Of a DNA stretch of 64,000 bases, positions 56,015 to 64,000 are shown piece after piece (positions within the stretch are counted from its first letter, which is position 1; each line of letters begins with the position of its first letter). The stretch is from the NCBI GenBank assembly GCA_022750115.1, contig JAKIWI010000001.1, positions 83,490 through 147,489 of the forward strand, given 5' to 3'. The notes under the pieces were generated by a model. It was not told the DNA's origin and did not search any database. It saw only the letters and a program-made list of their open reading frames with translations. The position numbers and the translations under genes are program-made. The stretch is from Thermoplasmata archaeon (lineage in GTDB: Archaea > Thermoplasmatota > Thermoplasmata > Lutacidiplasmatales > UBA184).

Positions 56015-57243
56015 GAGCCTTCCTCCCACCCAGCGAGGTACTCGCGCTGGCCGGCCGTCAGGTCGTCGATGCCCGCGCCCAGCGGCGCTAAGGCGGCGAC
56101 CGCAACAGAGTGGTCGAGTTCGGGGGGGACAGGGTGGACCTTCGGGGGAAGTTCGCGGCCCCGTCGTGCGATCCACTCCGCCGACAGCGCCTGCAGGGAG
56201 AAACTCAGGTCCATGATCTCGACGGGGTGCCCCTGGCCGGTCGCGAGGTTGATCAGCCGACCTTCCGCGAGCAGATGGAAGGTTCGGCCATCCGCCATGC
56301 GGAACGCCTCGACCCCCGGGCGGACGGTCGATCGCGACTCCGCGAGTCCCGCGAGTTCGGTGATCGCGATTTCCACGTCGAAATGGCCCGCATTCGCCAG
56401 CAGGCACCCGTTCTTGAGGACGCGGAAATGTTCGCCCCGGACCACATCGCGATTTCCCGTCGCGGTGACGATCAGGTCGGCTTCGGGGGCGGCGTCCAGC
56501 ATCGGCATCACGCGGAATCCCTCGAGGCGGGCCTCGATCGCCTTGACGGGATCGACCTCCGTTATGATGACCTCTGCCCCGATGCCACGGAGTCGCGAGG
56601 CGATGCCTTTCCCGCACCAGCCGTAGCCGGCGACGACGGCGGTCCGTCCCGCGATGAGCAGGTTGGTGGCCCCGAAGAGCCCATCCAGAACGGACTGGCC
56701 GCACCCGAACCGATTGTCGAACAAGTGCTTCATCATCGCATCGTTGACATCGACGGCGGGAAACCGGAGCTTTCCCGCTCGCTCGAGGCTGCGTAGTCGG
56801 GTGACACCGGTGGTCGTCTCCTCGGTGGAACCGAGAATCTTGCCCCGGTCCGGTCGGTCGGTGTGCGCCAGAACCACCAGGTCGGCTCCGTCGTCGATCA
56901 GAACATCCGGTTGCGCGGCCAGCATCGCATGGAGCGCCGTACGGTACTCTCCCGTCGACTCTCCTCTCCGAGCGTGGGTGTCAACGCCGGCCTCTCGAAG
57001 GGCTGCGACGGCGTCGTCGTCGGTCGAGAGCGGGTTCCCGGCGGCGAGGTGGACCTCGGCTCCCCCCGCCTTCAGGGCCAACGCCAGCGCCGCCGTCTTG
57101 GCCTCGACGTGGAGGACGCAGGAGAGCGTCAATCCACGGAACGGTTGCTCGAGTTCGAACCGCTCGCGGATGCCGCGCAGGACCGGCATGTGCCGCTGAG
57201 CCCACGCGACCTTGAGGCGTCCGGTCTCGAGAGAGCCGACCAT
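56011..57243 (-). CDS. ahcY: Adenosylhomocysteinase
   Basis: NPLST, IDDGAD, EETTTG, KHLFDNRFG, GYGWCGKG, NAGHFD and GHPVEIMDLSF motifs. Confidence 0.97.
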   Translation of the reverse strand: MVGSLETGRLKVAWAQRHMPVLRGIRERFELEQPFRGLTLSCVLHVEAKTAALALALKAGGAEVHLAAGNPLSTDDDAVAALREAGVDTHARRGESTGEYRTALHAMLAAQPDVLIDDGADLVVLAHTDRPDRGKILGSTEETTTGVTRLRSLERAGKLRFPAVDVNDAMMKHLFDNRFGCGQSVLDGLFGATNLLIAGRTAVVAGYGWCGKGIASRLRGIGAEVIITEVDPVKAIEARLEGFRVMPMLDAAPEADLIVTATGNRDVVRGEHFRVLKNGCLLANAGHFDVEIAITELAGLAESRSTVRPGVEAFRMADGRTFHLLAEGRLINLATGQGHPVEIMDLSFSLQALSAEWIARRGRELPPKVHPVPPELDHSVAVAALAPLGAGIDDLTAGQREYLAGWEEGS

Positions 57244-57438
57244 CGATGGGACCGTGGCCCTCCACGGAGCGCGGCTTAAAACATCTGTTCGTTCGCGCCG
57301 TCGGAGCGCGGAGCGCCGGACTTTGGCCAGCGCCCGAACCTCTCGGGCGGATCCGACCCACGCTCGCGAGGCCCCCTGGCCCTCTGGTCCGGGCCGCTCG
57401 GCGCAAACCTACAAGTCCCCGTCGGTGGAAACCCTATC

Positions 57439-58209
57439 GTGACCGAATCGGTCCGGGTGGGCGGCGGGCGGACGATGGCCTATGGCCACCCGCACGACCT
57501 CGCGGGGATTCTCGAGGTGTTCGTCATGGACGTCTATCGCGCTGACGAGCTGCCCCGGGGGGCACTGGTGATCGACCTTGGCGCGGGCCTGGGGGATTAC
57601 ACGGTCGCCGCCGGACGTGCCGTCGGGCCGGGGGGCTTCGTAATCGCGCTCGAGCCGAGCCCGACGGACTTCGCCCGGCTCGCGGAAAACGTCCGAGACT
57701 CGGGTCTCGCCAACGTCGTGTGCGTTTGTGGGGCGCTGGGTCGAGAGGGGGAGCGCCTCCGCCTGCGATTCAAGGAGCTCGAGTTCGAGGCGGTCGCCCT
57801 CGGGCTCGAGACGCTTCTGCGGCAGGCGGGCCTCGACATCCCCCAGGCGCTCGGGCGCCGGATCTACCTCAAGATCGATATCGAAGGGGCGGAGGTCGAC
57901 GCGCTCGGGCGGCTCGAACCCCTCCTGCCCTCGGTCGAGCTGGTTGCCATCGAGCTCCACGGAACCAAGGCCGCGGTCGACCGCATCCTGCTCCCCCTTC
58001 GGTTCGAGTTCCGACGCCTCACCCGCTTCCAGTACCTCTCGCGCTCGCTTCGGTTCGTGGTCCGACATCCGGTCGCCGCGGTCGACCTGTGGCGCCGCTA
58101 CCGGGCCTCCGACGAGTTCTCCGGGATGGGCAAGATCCTGCGAGGGATCGAGATCTCGGCGTCCGACTCGCTCATCGTCGGAACGTACCAGCGCGCGGGT
58201 TCGCCCTGA
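57439..58209 (+). CDS. FkbM family methyltransferase
   Basis: VIDLGAGLG, IALEP, LKIDIEGAE and IELH motifs. Confidence 0.88.
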   Translation: MTESVRVGGGRTMAYGHPHDLAGILEVFVMDVYRADELPRGALVIDLGAGLGDYTVAAGRAVGPGGFVIALEPSPTDFARLAENVRDSGLANVVCVCGALGREGERLRLRFKELEFEAVALGLETLLRQAGLDIPQALGRRIYLKIDIEGAEVDALGRLEPLLPSVELVAIELHGTKAAVDRILLPLRFEFRRLTRFQYLSRSLRFVVRHPVAAVDLWRRYRASDEFSGMGKILRGIEISASDSLIVGTYQRAGSP

Positions 58210-58326
58210 GGCGGCGCGCCAACTCCCGAGATCGGGAGGATTCGCGGCGGGTCGTTCCGGAGGCCCGCAAACCCTGCCGCGCTACCGACGCCCCTTTATG
58301 GCGCGCCGCCGACAGGGAGCGTTCGT

Positions 58327-59100
58327 ATGTCCCCGAAGCGCTCGCATCCCCGGGACCCGCTCGTGATCGGGCAGGTCGCGGCGCGACTGGCACTCGAGTG
58401 GACATTTCGGCCGCTGCTCCGCCCCAGCCTCGACGAGTTCCGAGGCGCGGCCCGCACCCAAGACACCGTCGCCCACGGCTTGCTTGACGACCCCCGCGGG
58501 GAATCGACCCGAAACATCCCCCGGTACCGGGCGGAGTTCGACGAACTCGTCGCGTCGATGGCGGGTCCCTTGGCCGCGCACTATCCCCCTCACTGGCGGA
58601 TCGAGCCGGAGCCGGGGTTTCTCCTCTACGGTCTCGTTCGAAGCCGAAGCCCCTCCCTGGTGGTCGAGACTGGGGTGGCGGACGGCTTCTCGTCACGGTT
58701 GATCCTCGAAGCGCTGCGCCGGAACGGTTCGGGGAGGCTGGTGAGCGTGGACCGCCGAGACGACGTGGGGGCGCTTGTCCCGCCGAACCTGCGACCTTCC
58801 TGGGAGCTCACCATCCTCGGGCGGGGGCGCCGGTACTCCGGCCTACGGGCCTTGTTCTCAAGTACGGGGCCCGTCGACATGTTCCTACACGATAGCGCCC
58901 ACACCTACCGCCACCAGCTCCGTGAATACCGCGCCGCGTGGCCCAACCTGCGTCCCGCCGGGCTGCTCTTGTCGGACGATGCCGATGCCTCCTTCGCCTT
59001 CCTGGATTTCGCGCGCTCGGTGGGCGGTCGGCCCGACGTTCTGGTGAGCCGAACTCGAGTCTTCGGCGTACTGCCGCGCGCTGGGGCGGCTGCCACCTAG
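58327..59100 (+). CDS. Class I SAM methyltransferase (Methyltransf_24-like)
   Basis: VVETGVADGFSS, LVSVD, DMFLHDSAH and LRPAGLLLSDD motifs. Confidence 0.88.
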   Translation: MSPKRSHPRDPLVIGQVAARLALEWTFRPLLRPSLDEFRGAARTQDTVAHGLLDDPRGESTRNIPRYRAEFDELVASMAGPLAAHYPPHWRIEPEPGFLLYGLVRSRSPSLVVETGVADGFSSRLILEALRRNGSGRLVSVDRRDDVGALVPPNLRPSWELTILGRGRRYSGLRALFSSTGPVDMFLHDSAHTYRHQLREYRAAWPNLRPAGLLLSDDADASFAFLDFARSVGGRPDVLVSRTRVFGVLPRAGAAAT

Positions 59101-59143
59101 TCGTGGCCCGGGGGCCCCCGGGCCGGAGAGCGCGACGGTGGGC

Positions 59144-62100
59144 CTACTGGGTCACCGCTCCGCAGAACGGACAGACGAGGTACTCGGGCGGGATCTCCTT
59201 GCCGCAGTTCGAGCACGCCTTCATCGGCGCGACGGGCGGCGAGGGCGACGGGGCCCCCACGGCAGCGGCCGGGGTCGGCGGAGGAGCCAGCGTCGGGGTC
59301 GACGCGCCGGACTTCATGGGAGCGGCTCGAGCGGGTGCGGGAGCGGCGGGCGGGGCCCCGCCCGCGCTTGGTCCGCCGCCCTTCTTGGGGGTGGAGGCGG
59401 CGGTGGGTGCGGCGCCGCCGGGCGGCATCGCCTGGTCCGTGGTCTCCGACCCTTCGGGCGGGGCGGTCATCCCGGCGCGCGAACCCTGCGATTGCTGGGA
59501 CTTCCACTGGCTGAACGGAAGGTACGTCGGCTGGCGCTTCCACCAGTCCCAGAACGCGCCCTCGTTGTAGTTGGGCCCGAGCTCCTTGCGAGCGTCGCCG
59601 CGGAACCGCTCGACGAAGTCCCCGTACCCCTGGCGCTCCGGGTCCGTGGTCTCCGTCTCGCCCTTGCCGAGCAGCTGCGCAGCGCACTCGGGGCAGACCT
59701 GCGAAGTCGCCGGGATCGTGGAGCCGCACCGGCTGCAGCGGACGAGGTCGGACTCGAACTCCGCGCCGCACTTCGGGCACGTCGTCGCGTCCTCGGGGAT
59801 CAGGTTGCCGCACTCCCCGCACTCGACGAGCTTGCCCTTCGCCTGGCGGCGGAAGACGAACAGGATGCCGACGACCGCCGCGGCGGCCGCCGCGATGATG
59901 ACAATCAGCAGCCAGATCGGGATCAGACCGAGCAGCTTCTGCTCGTACCAGGGGAGCGGGCCGGCCGGGGGCGGCCCGACGGTGAACGCGTTGGTGACGT
60001 TGAGGGTCGCGATGCGGCCCTGGTGGTACGCCGTGACGGTCAGCGAGTAGACCCCGTTCGCCATCGATGACGGGAGCGCAAGCTCGACCACCTGGCCTTT
60101 CGAGGAGCTCGTCTGCGAGCTACTCAGGACGTACAGTCCGGCGGCCGATGACGCCGTGACGTTCAGCCACGCCGCCTGGCTGCCCGAATAGATCAGCGTC
60201 GCCGACGCGATGTAGCCGCTGCCCGGGGTGAGCTGTCCGCCGGGACCTGCGAACTTGAGCGTGATGTACGACGGCTCGATGATCTTGTTCGAGGCCGCCT
60301 CCGCAAGGCCCCCGATTGGGGCGATGCCGTGGTTCCAGATCACGATCGCCAGGAACGTCTGGTTGACCGGCGGGTGCGGGATGCCGGTGACGGACTCGTT
60401 CACGACCCAGGGGATCGTGACGTTCACGCTGGCACCGACCGCGAGGGGGGACTTCCCGGTGTGGTTGCCGAGGAGCGTCGTGTTCTCGGGGTGCGCCGTC
60501 GAACCGACCGCCTCGAGGGTGAGGCTGTAGTTCCCGACCGCGCCGGTCCCGATGTTCGAGATGAGGACGGTGAAGTTGGTGTACTCGCCGATCGCGAGCG
60601 TGTCGTTCGTGTTCGCAGTGCCGTTCCCGACCCCGACGCTCACGGTGGCGATCGCGGTCGAGAGCTCGGGCCGGTAGAGCGGGAAGACGGTCGGGGACTG
60701 GACGTCCGCCGACGCGGGGTTCATGACGGTCGGGTAGGGGGAGAGGCCGCCCGTGAACCACTCCGGCGCACCGGCGCGGCCACCCGAGACGGTCACCACG
60801 ACGTGGTAGCCGCCGAGGAACAGGCCGTCTTGGAGGGTGCCCAAGGTCAAGATGCCCGAGGCGAGGAGGAGGCCGGCGTAGCCCGTGTTCGGGTTCGTCT
60901 GACCGTACGCGGCGACGTTGTGCGCGGTATCCCACGCCGTGACGTAGCCCGCGAGCGCGGGGTCGGAGACCGCGAAGTTGTTGAGCGCGGTGGCGGTCGC
61001 GTTGTTCACCTGGCTCGCGTCGTAGGCGTAGAACGCCTCGGCGGTGCCGCCGGCGACCGGCTGGGATCCGGCGCCGAAGACGGGGATGAACATCCACCGG
61101 AACAGGTTCACGGTCGAGGTCGCGTCCGGCAGGATCGCCGAGATGTCGGTCGTGTTGGAGGGGTTCTCGGGCGTGCTGATCGAGAGGTTCCCGACGAACG
61201 CCTGGGCGTGGTTCTGGACGATGACCTTCTTCGAGGCCCACGGGAGCACGCCGGGCGGCGCGGTCGGGGGTCGCGGGAAGGGAGCGACCGGGTACCAGTT
61301 CACGTCGAGCGACGAGTCGACCGCCGTGAGCACGGTGCCCGTGCCGTCCGCGGTGACGTTGAACGAGGTGCCGGCGGTCAGGTCGATCTCGACGAGCGTG
61401 ATGGTGACCGGCGTGGCCGAGTTCGTGAATCCGAGGTCGACCGAGACGGCGCCGCTGGCCGCCCCCGCGAAGAACGCCGCGACGCCCTGGCTGTTGATCT
61501 GGGCGAGGGCGGCCGCGGGCAGCGCCACCGAGACGACGGTGCCGGCCGCGGGGTAGTCGATGGTGCCCAGGTTCACGGTCGGCGAGGTGAAGACGAACGA
61601 GTTCCCCGAGGTCGAGGACTCATCCACCGTCGCCGTGTAGTCGATCGTGACCGACCCCGCGGTGACGGTCCGGTAGAGCGAGTCGCGGAGGAGCGACAGC
61701 GGGTCGCTCGGCGTGGCGTACGACGCGAACGCATTGCTCTGGCCCGAGGAGATCGTGGCCGAGGTCGAGTCGTCGAGCGGGAGCGGCTCCGGGGCGCCCG
61801 ACTGCGTCCAGTTGTCGGCGTACGTGCGGGTCTCGCTCGTTCCGTCGAGGGTGAGTTGGCCGCCGGCGAGGACCGAGAGGGCGGGGGCGTACAGGCTGTC
61901 GTTCGTGGTGAGGGCGTTCTGGGGGATGCTCGTGTTCGGGAGGAGCGCGTTCTGAGGGTTCGGGCCGATGGTGGAGCTGTTGACCCACAGGCCGGCGCCG
62001 GCCCCGTAGACGTTGACCCAGCCGGCGAAGTCGAGGTTGCTCGCGTTGACGTACATCTGGCCGGGGGTCGAGACGTTCAGGGTCACCTTCGGGTAGGCGT

Positions 62101-62575
62101 TGAGGACCCCGAGGTCGTCCGTCAGGACGGAGCTCTCGAGCCAGACCGTCCCCTGGTCGCTGAACGTGTAGATGTGGCCGAGGCGGCTCGAGACCGAGCC
62201 GGTCGAGCCGATGTACTGGACGAAGGCGAACGTCGTCTGGAGGATGATGAGCTTGCCTCCGGGCAGGACCGTGACGTTCCCTCCCTGGTAGTAGAACTGG
62301 TGCGTGGCGGAGCCGGGGGCAATGACGTACGGCGAGTTCGCCGGGCCGACGATGAGGTCACCATGGGTGACCGCGGCCGCCCGCGGCGCGGCCGGAACGG
62401 CCGCGGAGGCGTGCGGGTACGGAACGCCGGTCGCGCCGGGCCCGTGGGCCGGGATGGCAAATAGGCTCGCGACGAGCACGAGGATCAGGAGCCCAAGAAC
62501 CCAGCGTCCGGTCGTTCGGCTGGTCGATAGCGCCGTCCCTCCCCCAAGTGGGGAGGGGACTGCAAAACGGTCCAC
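59144..62575 (-). CDS. Large single-pass surface protein (CARDB-like ectodomain) with cytoplasmic zinc ribbons
   Basis: Signal/TM, a ~900 aa sequon-rich ectodomain, a TM, then six CxxC pairs (CGEC, CPKC, CSRC, CPEC, CSNC, CPFC). Confidence 0.85.
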   Translation of the reverse strand: MDRFAVPSPLGGGTALSTSRTTGRWVLGLLILVLVASLFAIPAHGPGATGVPYPHASAAVPAAPRAAAVTHGDLIVGPANSPYVIAPGSATHQFYYQGGNVTVLPGGKLIILQTTFAFVQYIGSTGSVSSRLGHIYTFSDQGTVWLESSVLTDDLGVLNAYPKVTLNVSTPGQMYVNASNLDFAGWVNVYGAGAGLWVNSSTIGPNPQNALLPNTSIPQNALTTNDSLYAPALSVLAGGQLTLDGTSETRTYADNWTQSGAPEPLPLDDSTSATISSGQSNAFASYATPSDPLSLLRDSLYRTVTAGSVTIDYTATVDESSTSGNSFVFTSPTVNLGTIDYPAAGTVVSVALPAAALAQINSQGVAAFFAGAASGAVSVDLGFTNSATPVTITLVEIDLTAGTSFNVTADGTGTVLTAVDSSLDVNWYPVAPFPRPPTAPPGVLPWASKKVIVQNHAQAFVGNLSISTPENPSNTTDISAILPDATSTVNLFRWMFIPVFGAGSQPVAGGTAEAFYAYDASQVNNATATALNNFAVSDPALAGYVTAWDTAHNVAAYGQTNPNTGYAGLLLASGILTLGTLQDGLFLGGYHVVVTVSGGRAGAPEWFTGGLSPYPTVMNPASADVQSPTVFPLYRPELSTAIATVSVGVGNGTANTNDTLAIGEYTNFTVLISNIGTGAVGNYSLTLEAVGSTAHPENTTLLGNHTGKSPLAVGASVNVTIPWVVNESVTGIPHPPVNQTFLAIVIWNHGIAPIGGLAEAASNKIIEPSYITLKFAGPGGQLTPGSGYIASATLIYSGSQAAWLNVTASSAAGLYVLSSSQTSSSKGQVVELALPSSMANGVYSLTVTAYHQGRIATLNVTNAFTVGPPPAGPLPWYEQKLLGLIPIWLLIVIIAAAAAAVVGILFVFRRQAKGKLVECGECGNLIPEDATTCPKCGAEFESDLVRCSRCGSTIPATSQVCPECAAQLLGKGETETTDPERQGYGDFVERFRGDARKELGPNYNEGAFWDWWKRQPTYLPFSQWKSQQSQGSRAGMTAPPEGSETTDQAMPPGGAAPTAASTPKKGGGPSAGGAPPAAPAPARAAPMKSGASTPTLAPPPTPAAAVGAPSPSPPVAPMKACSNCGKEIPPEYLVCPFCGAVTQ

Positions 62576-62600
62576 GACCGAAATAAAGTGAAGGTCCCGG

Positions 62601-62609
62601 TATAAAAAA
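62601..62609 (-). promoter_or_regulatory. TATA box (TTTTTTATA) of the surface-protein gene
   Basis: Lies 26 nt upstream of GTG 62575. Confidence 0.6.
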
Positions 62610-62771
62610 CGTCGGGACGCGCCGGGCGAGGTTCCGCCCCCGTCGCGATGCGATTCCGACGACGACGGGAGAGCCCCAACGGCCGGCGACGTTCGGCTCT
62701 CGGCCGGGGAGCTGTATCTTTCGCGCCCGCCGATCGCGACGCTCCGTTCGGCGGCGCCCGTCGCTCGCGGG

Positions 62772-63806
62772 CTAGGGACCGCGGAGAACGATCTTTCCGA
62801 ACAGGTCCGGGGCGTCGATCCGGGCGAACGCCGCGGGGCCGTCGTCGAACGCCGACTCGCTGTCGAGGACCGCGCGCAGACGCCCCGCGCGGAGCTCCCC
62901 GAGTACCTCGTCGAACTCCGCGAACGACGCCATGGTGCTCCCGCGGATCGATGCCTGGCGCCAGAACAGCGTCCGAAGGTCGAGCGCGACCTGCGGGCCG
63001 GTCGTGGCCCCGATGACGACGACCCGGCCGCCGCGCGCGACGGCCTTCAGCGACCGGGGAACCGTCTCGGCGCCGGCCGAATCGAAGATGACGTCGACGC
63101 CACGCTTCCCCGACCACTCCCACAGGACCTTGTCGAGGGGCCGGTCCGGGCCCGTGAGGAGGACGTCATCGGCCCCGAGCGCCCGCGCCCGTTCGCCCTT
63201 GGCAGCGTCCCGGGTCGTGACCGCGACGCGCGCGCCCAGGCGCTTCGCCACCTGCACCGCCGCCGAGGAGGTTCCGCCGCCGGCGCCCACGATCGCCACG
63301 GAGTCGCCGGGCTTGGTCTCGCCGACCGTCTTGAGCGCCCGCCAGGTCGTTTGGAAAACCAGCGGCATCGCTGCGGCCTCCGAGAAACTCCAAGCCGCCG
63401 GAATCGGGTGCACGTTCGCCCGCGGGAGGATCACGAACTCGGTCGCGCTCCCTTGCGTGTGTTCGCCGAGGATTCGGAGCGAGCGGCACATCGCCTGGTC
63501 GCCGCGGCGACACGCCTCGCACGTCCCATCGGGGAGCCCAGGGTTCCCGAGCACGCGCGTCCCGACCGCCAGGTCGCGGACCCCGTCCCCGACCGAATCG
63601 ACCTCGCCGGCGACATCGGACCCCAACACATGGGGGAGAACGATCGGCACGCCGGGGATCCCGCCGAGTACGAACCGGTCCAAGCGATTGAACGCCGCGG
63701 CACGGACCCGGATCCGGACCTCGCCGGGACCGGCCGTCGGCTCCGGTGCTTCGATGAACGCGACCTGCTCGAGCCCTCCGTGGGCCGCGAAGCCCAGGCC
63801 TCTCAT
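62772..63806 (-). CDS. Zinc-binding medium-chain dehydrogenase / quinone oxidoreductase
   Basis: FNRLD, PHVLGSD.AG, DGTCEAC..G...C and GAGGG motifs. Confidence 0.92.
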   Translation of the reverse strand: MRGLGFAAHGGLEQVAFIEAPEPTAGPGEVRIRVRAAAFNRLDRFVLGGIPGVPIVLPHVLGSDVAGEVDSVGDGVRDLAVGTRVLGNPGLPDGTCEACRRGDQAMCRSLRILGEHTQGSATEFVILPRANVHPIPAAWSFSEAAAMPLVFQTTWRALKTVGETKPGDSVAIVGAGGGTSSAAVQVAKRLGARVAVTTRDAAKGERARALGADDVLLTGPDRPLDKVLWEWSGKRGVDVIFDSAGAETVPRSLKAVARGGRVVVIGATTGPQVALDLRTLFWRQASIRGSTMASFAEFDEVLGELRAGRLRAVLDSESAFDDGPAAFARIDAPDLFGKIVLRGP

Positions 63807-64000
63807 CGCTCAGATCCGCGAAGGCGCCAGCGCGTGACACCACCGTGGTCTTCGACCACGATGCCGGCGGCGGCGAGCGCGTCCCGGATGCGATCCGCTT
63901 CGGGGAAGTCGCCCCGGTCGCGGGCCCGGGCCCGCGCGTCGAGCGACGCTTGGACGACCTCGGGGACCACGGAGGATTCGTCGAGCGGGATCCCACCGCA
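63803..64000 (-). CDS. cysS: Cysteinyl-tRNA synthetase, C-terminal end (partial)
   Basis: Reads ...ARARARDRGDFPEADRIRDALAAAGIVVEDHGGVTRWRLRGSER*, the typical CysRS C-terminus. ATGA overlap with the next gene. Confidence 0.85.
   Translation of the reverse strand, partial: CGGIPLDESSVVPEVVQASLDARARARDRGDFPEADRIRDALAAAGIVVEDHGGVTRWRLRGSER

Noticed and set aside
1-64000. Mobile elements, rRNA, integrases
   Set aside because: No transposase, integrase, terminal repeats or rRNA-like sequence was recognised.

Overview
High-GC archaeal chromosomal segment (roughly 70% GC by eye). It is most consistent with a Thermoplasmata lineage: archaeal PriS, FEN-1 with a PIP box, RIO1-Dim2, a PAC2 chaperone, ApgM, TATA boxes about 26-30 nt before apparently leaderless starts, and PKD/Kelch/CARDB surface proteins with zinc-ribbon tails. 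Contents: the start of a complex I-like nuoABCD operon, two glycosylation/methylation clusters (about 2.4-13.9 kb and 47.9-59.1 kb), SPFH-NfeD, rio1-dim2-priS, a fen-ftcD-reductase-FAH operon, four large surface proteins, apgM-trm5-ppsA, an acyl-CoA catabolic cluster, ahcY-gcvH and the 3' end of cysS. I found no rRNA, tRNA, CRISPR array or transposase. Three observations stand out: (1) a CdrS-like ribbon-helix-helix regulator followed by a 'half FtsZ' that keeps the GTP-binding domain but has a degenerate T7 loop and no C-terminal domain, a candidate filament capper or nucleator; (2) a priS gene whose conserved N-terminus has no canonical start codon (probable ATC start); (3) a Pol-beta-type nucleotidyltransferase coupled to glycosyltransferases. 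All calls come from motif recognition by eye; no database searches were run.
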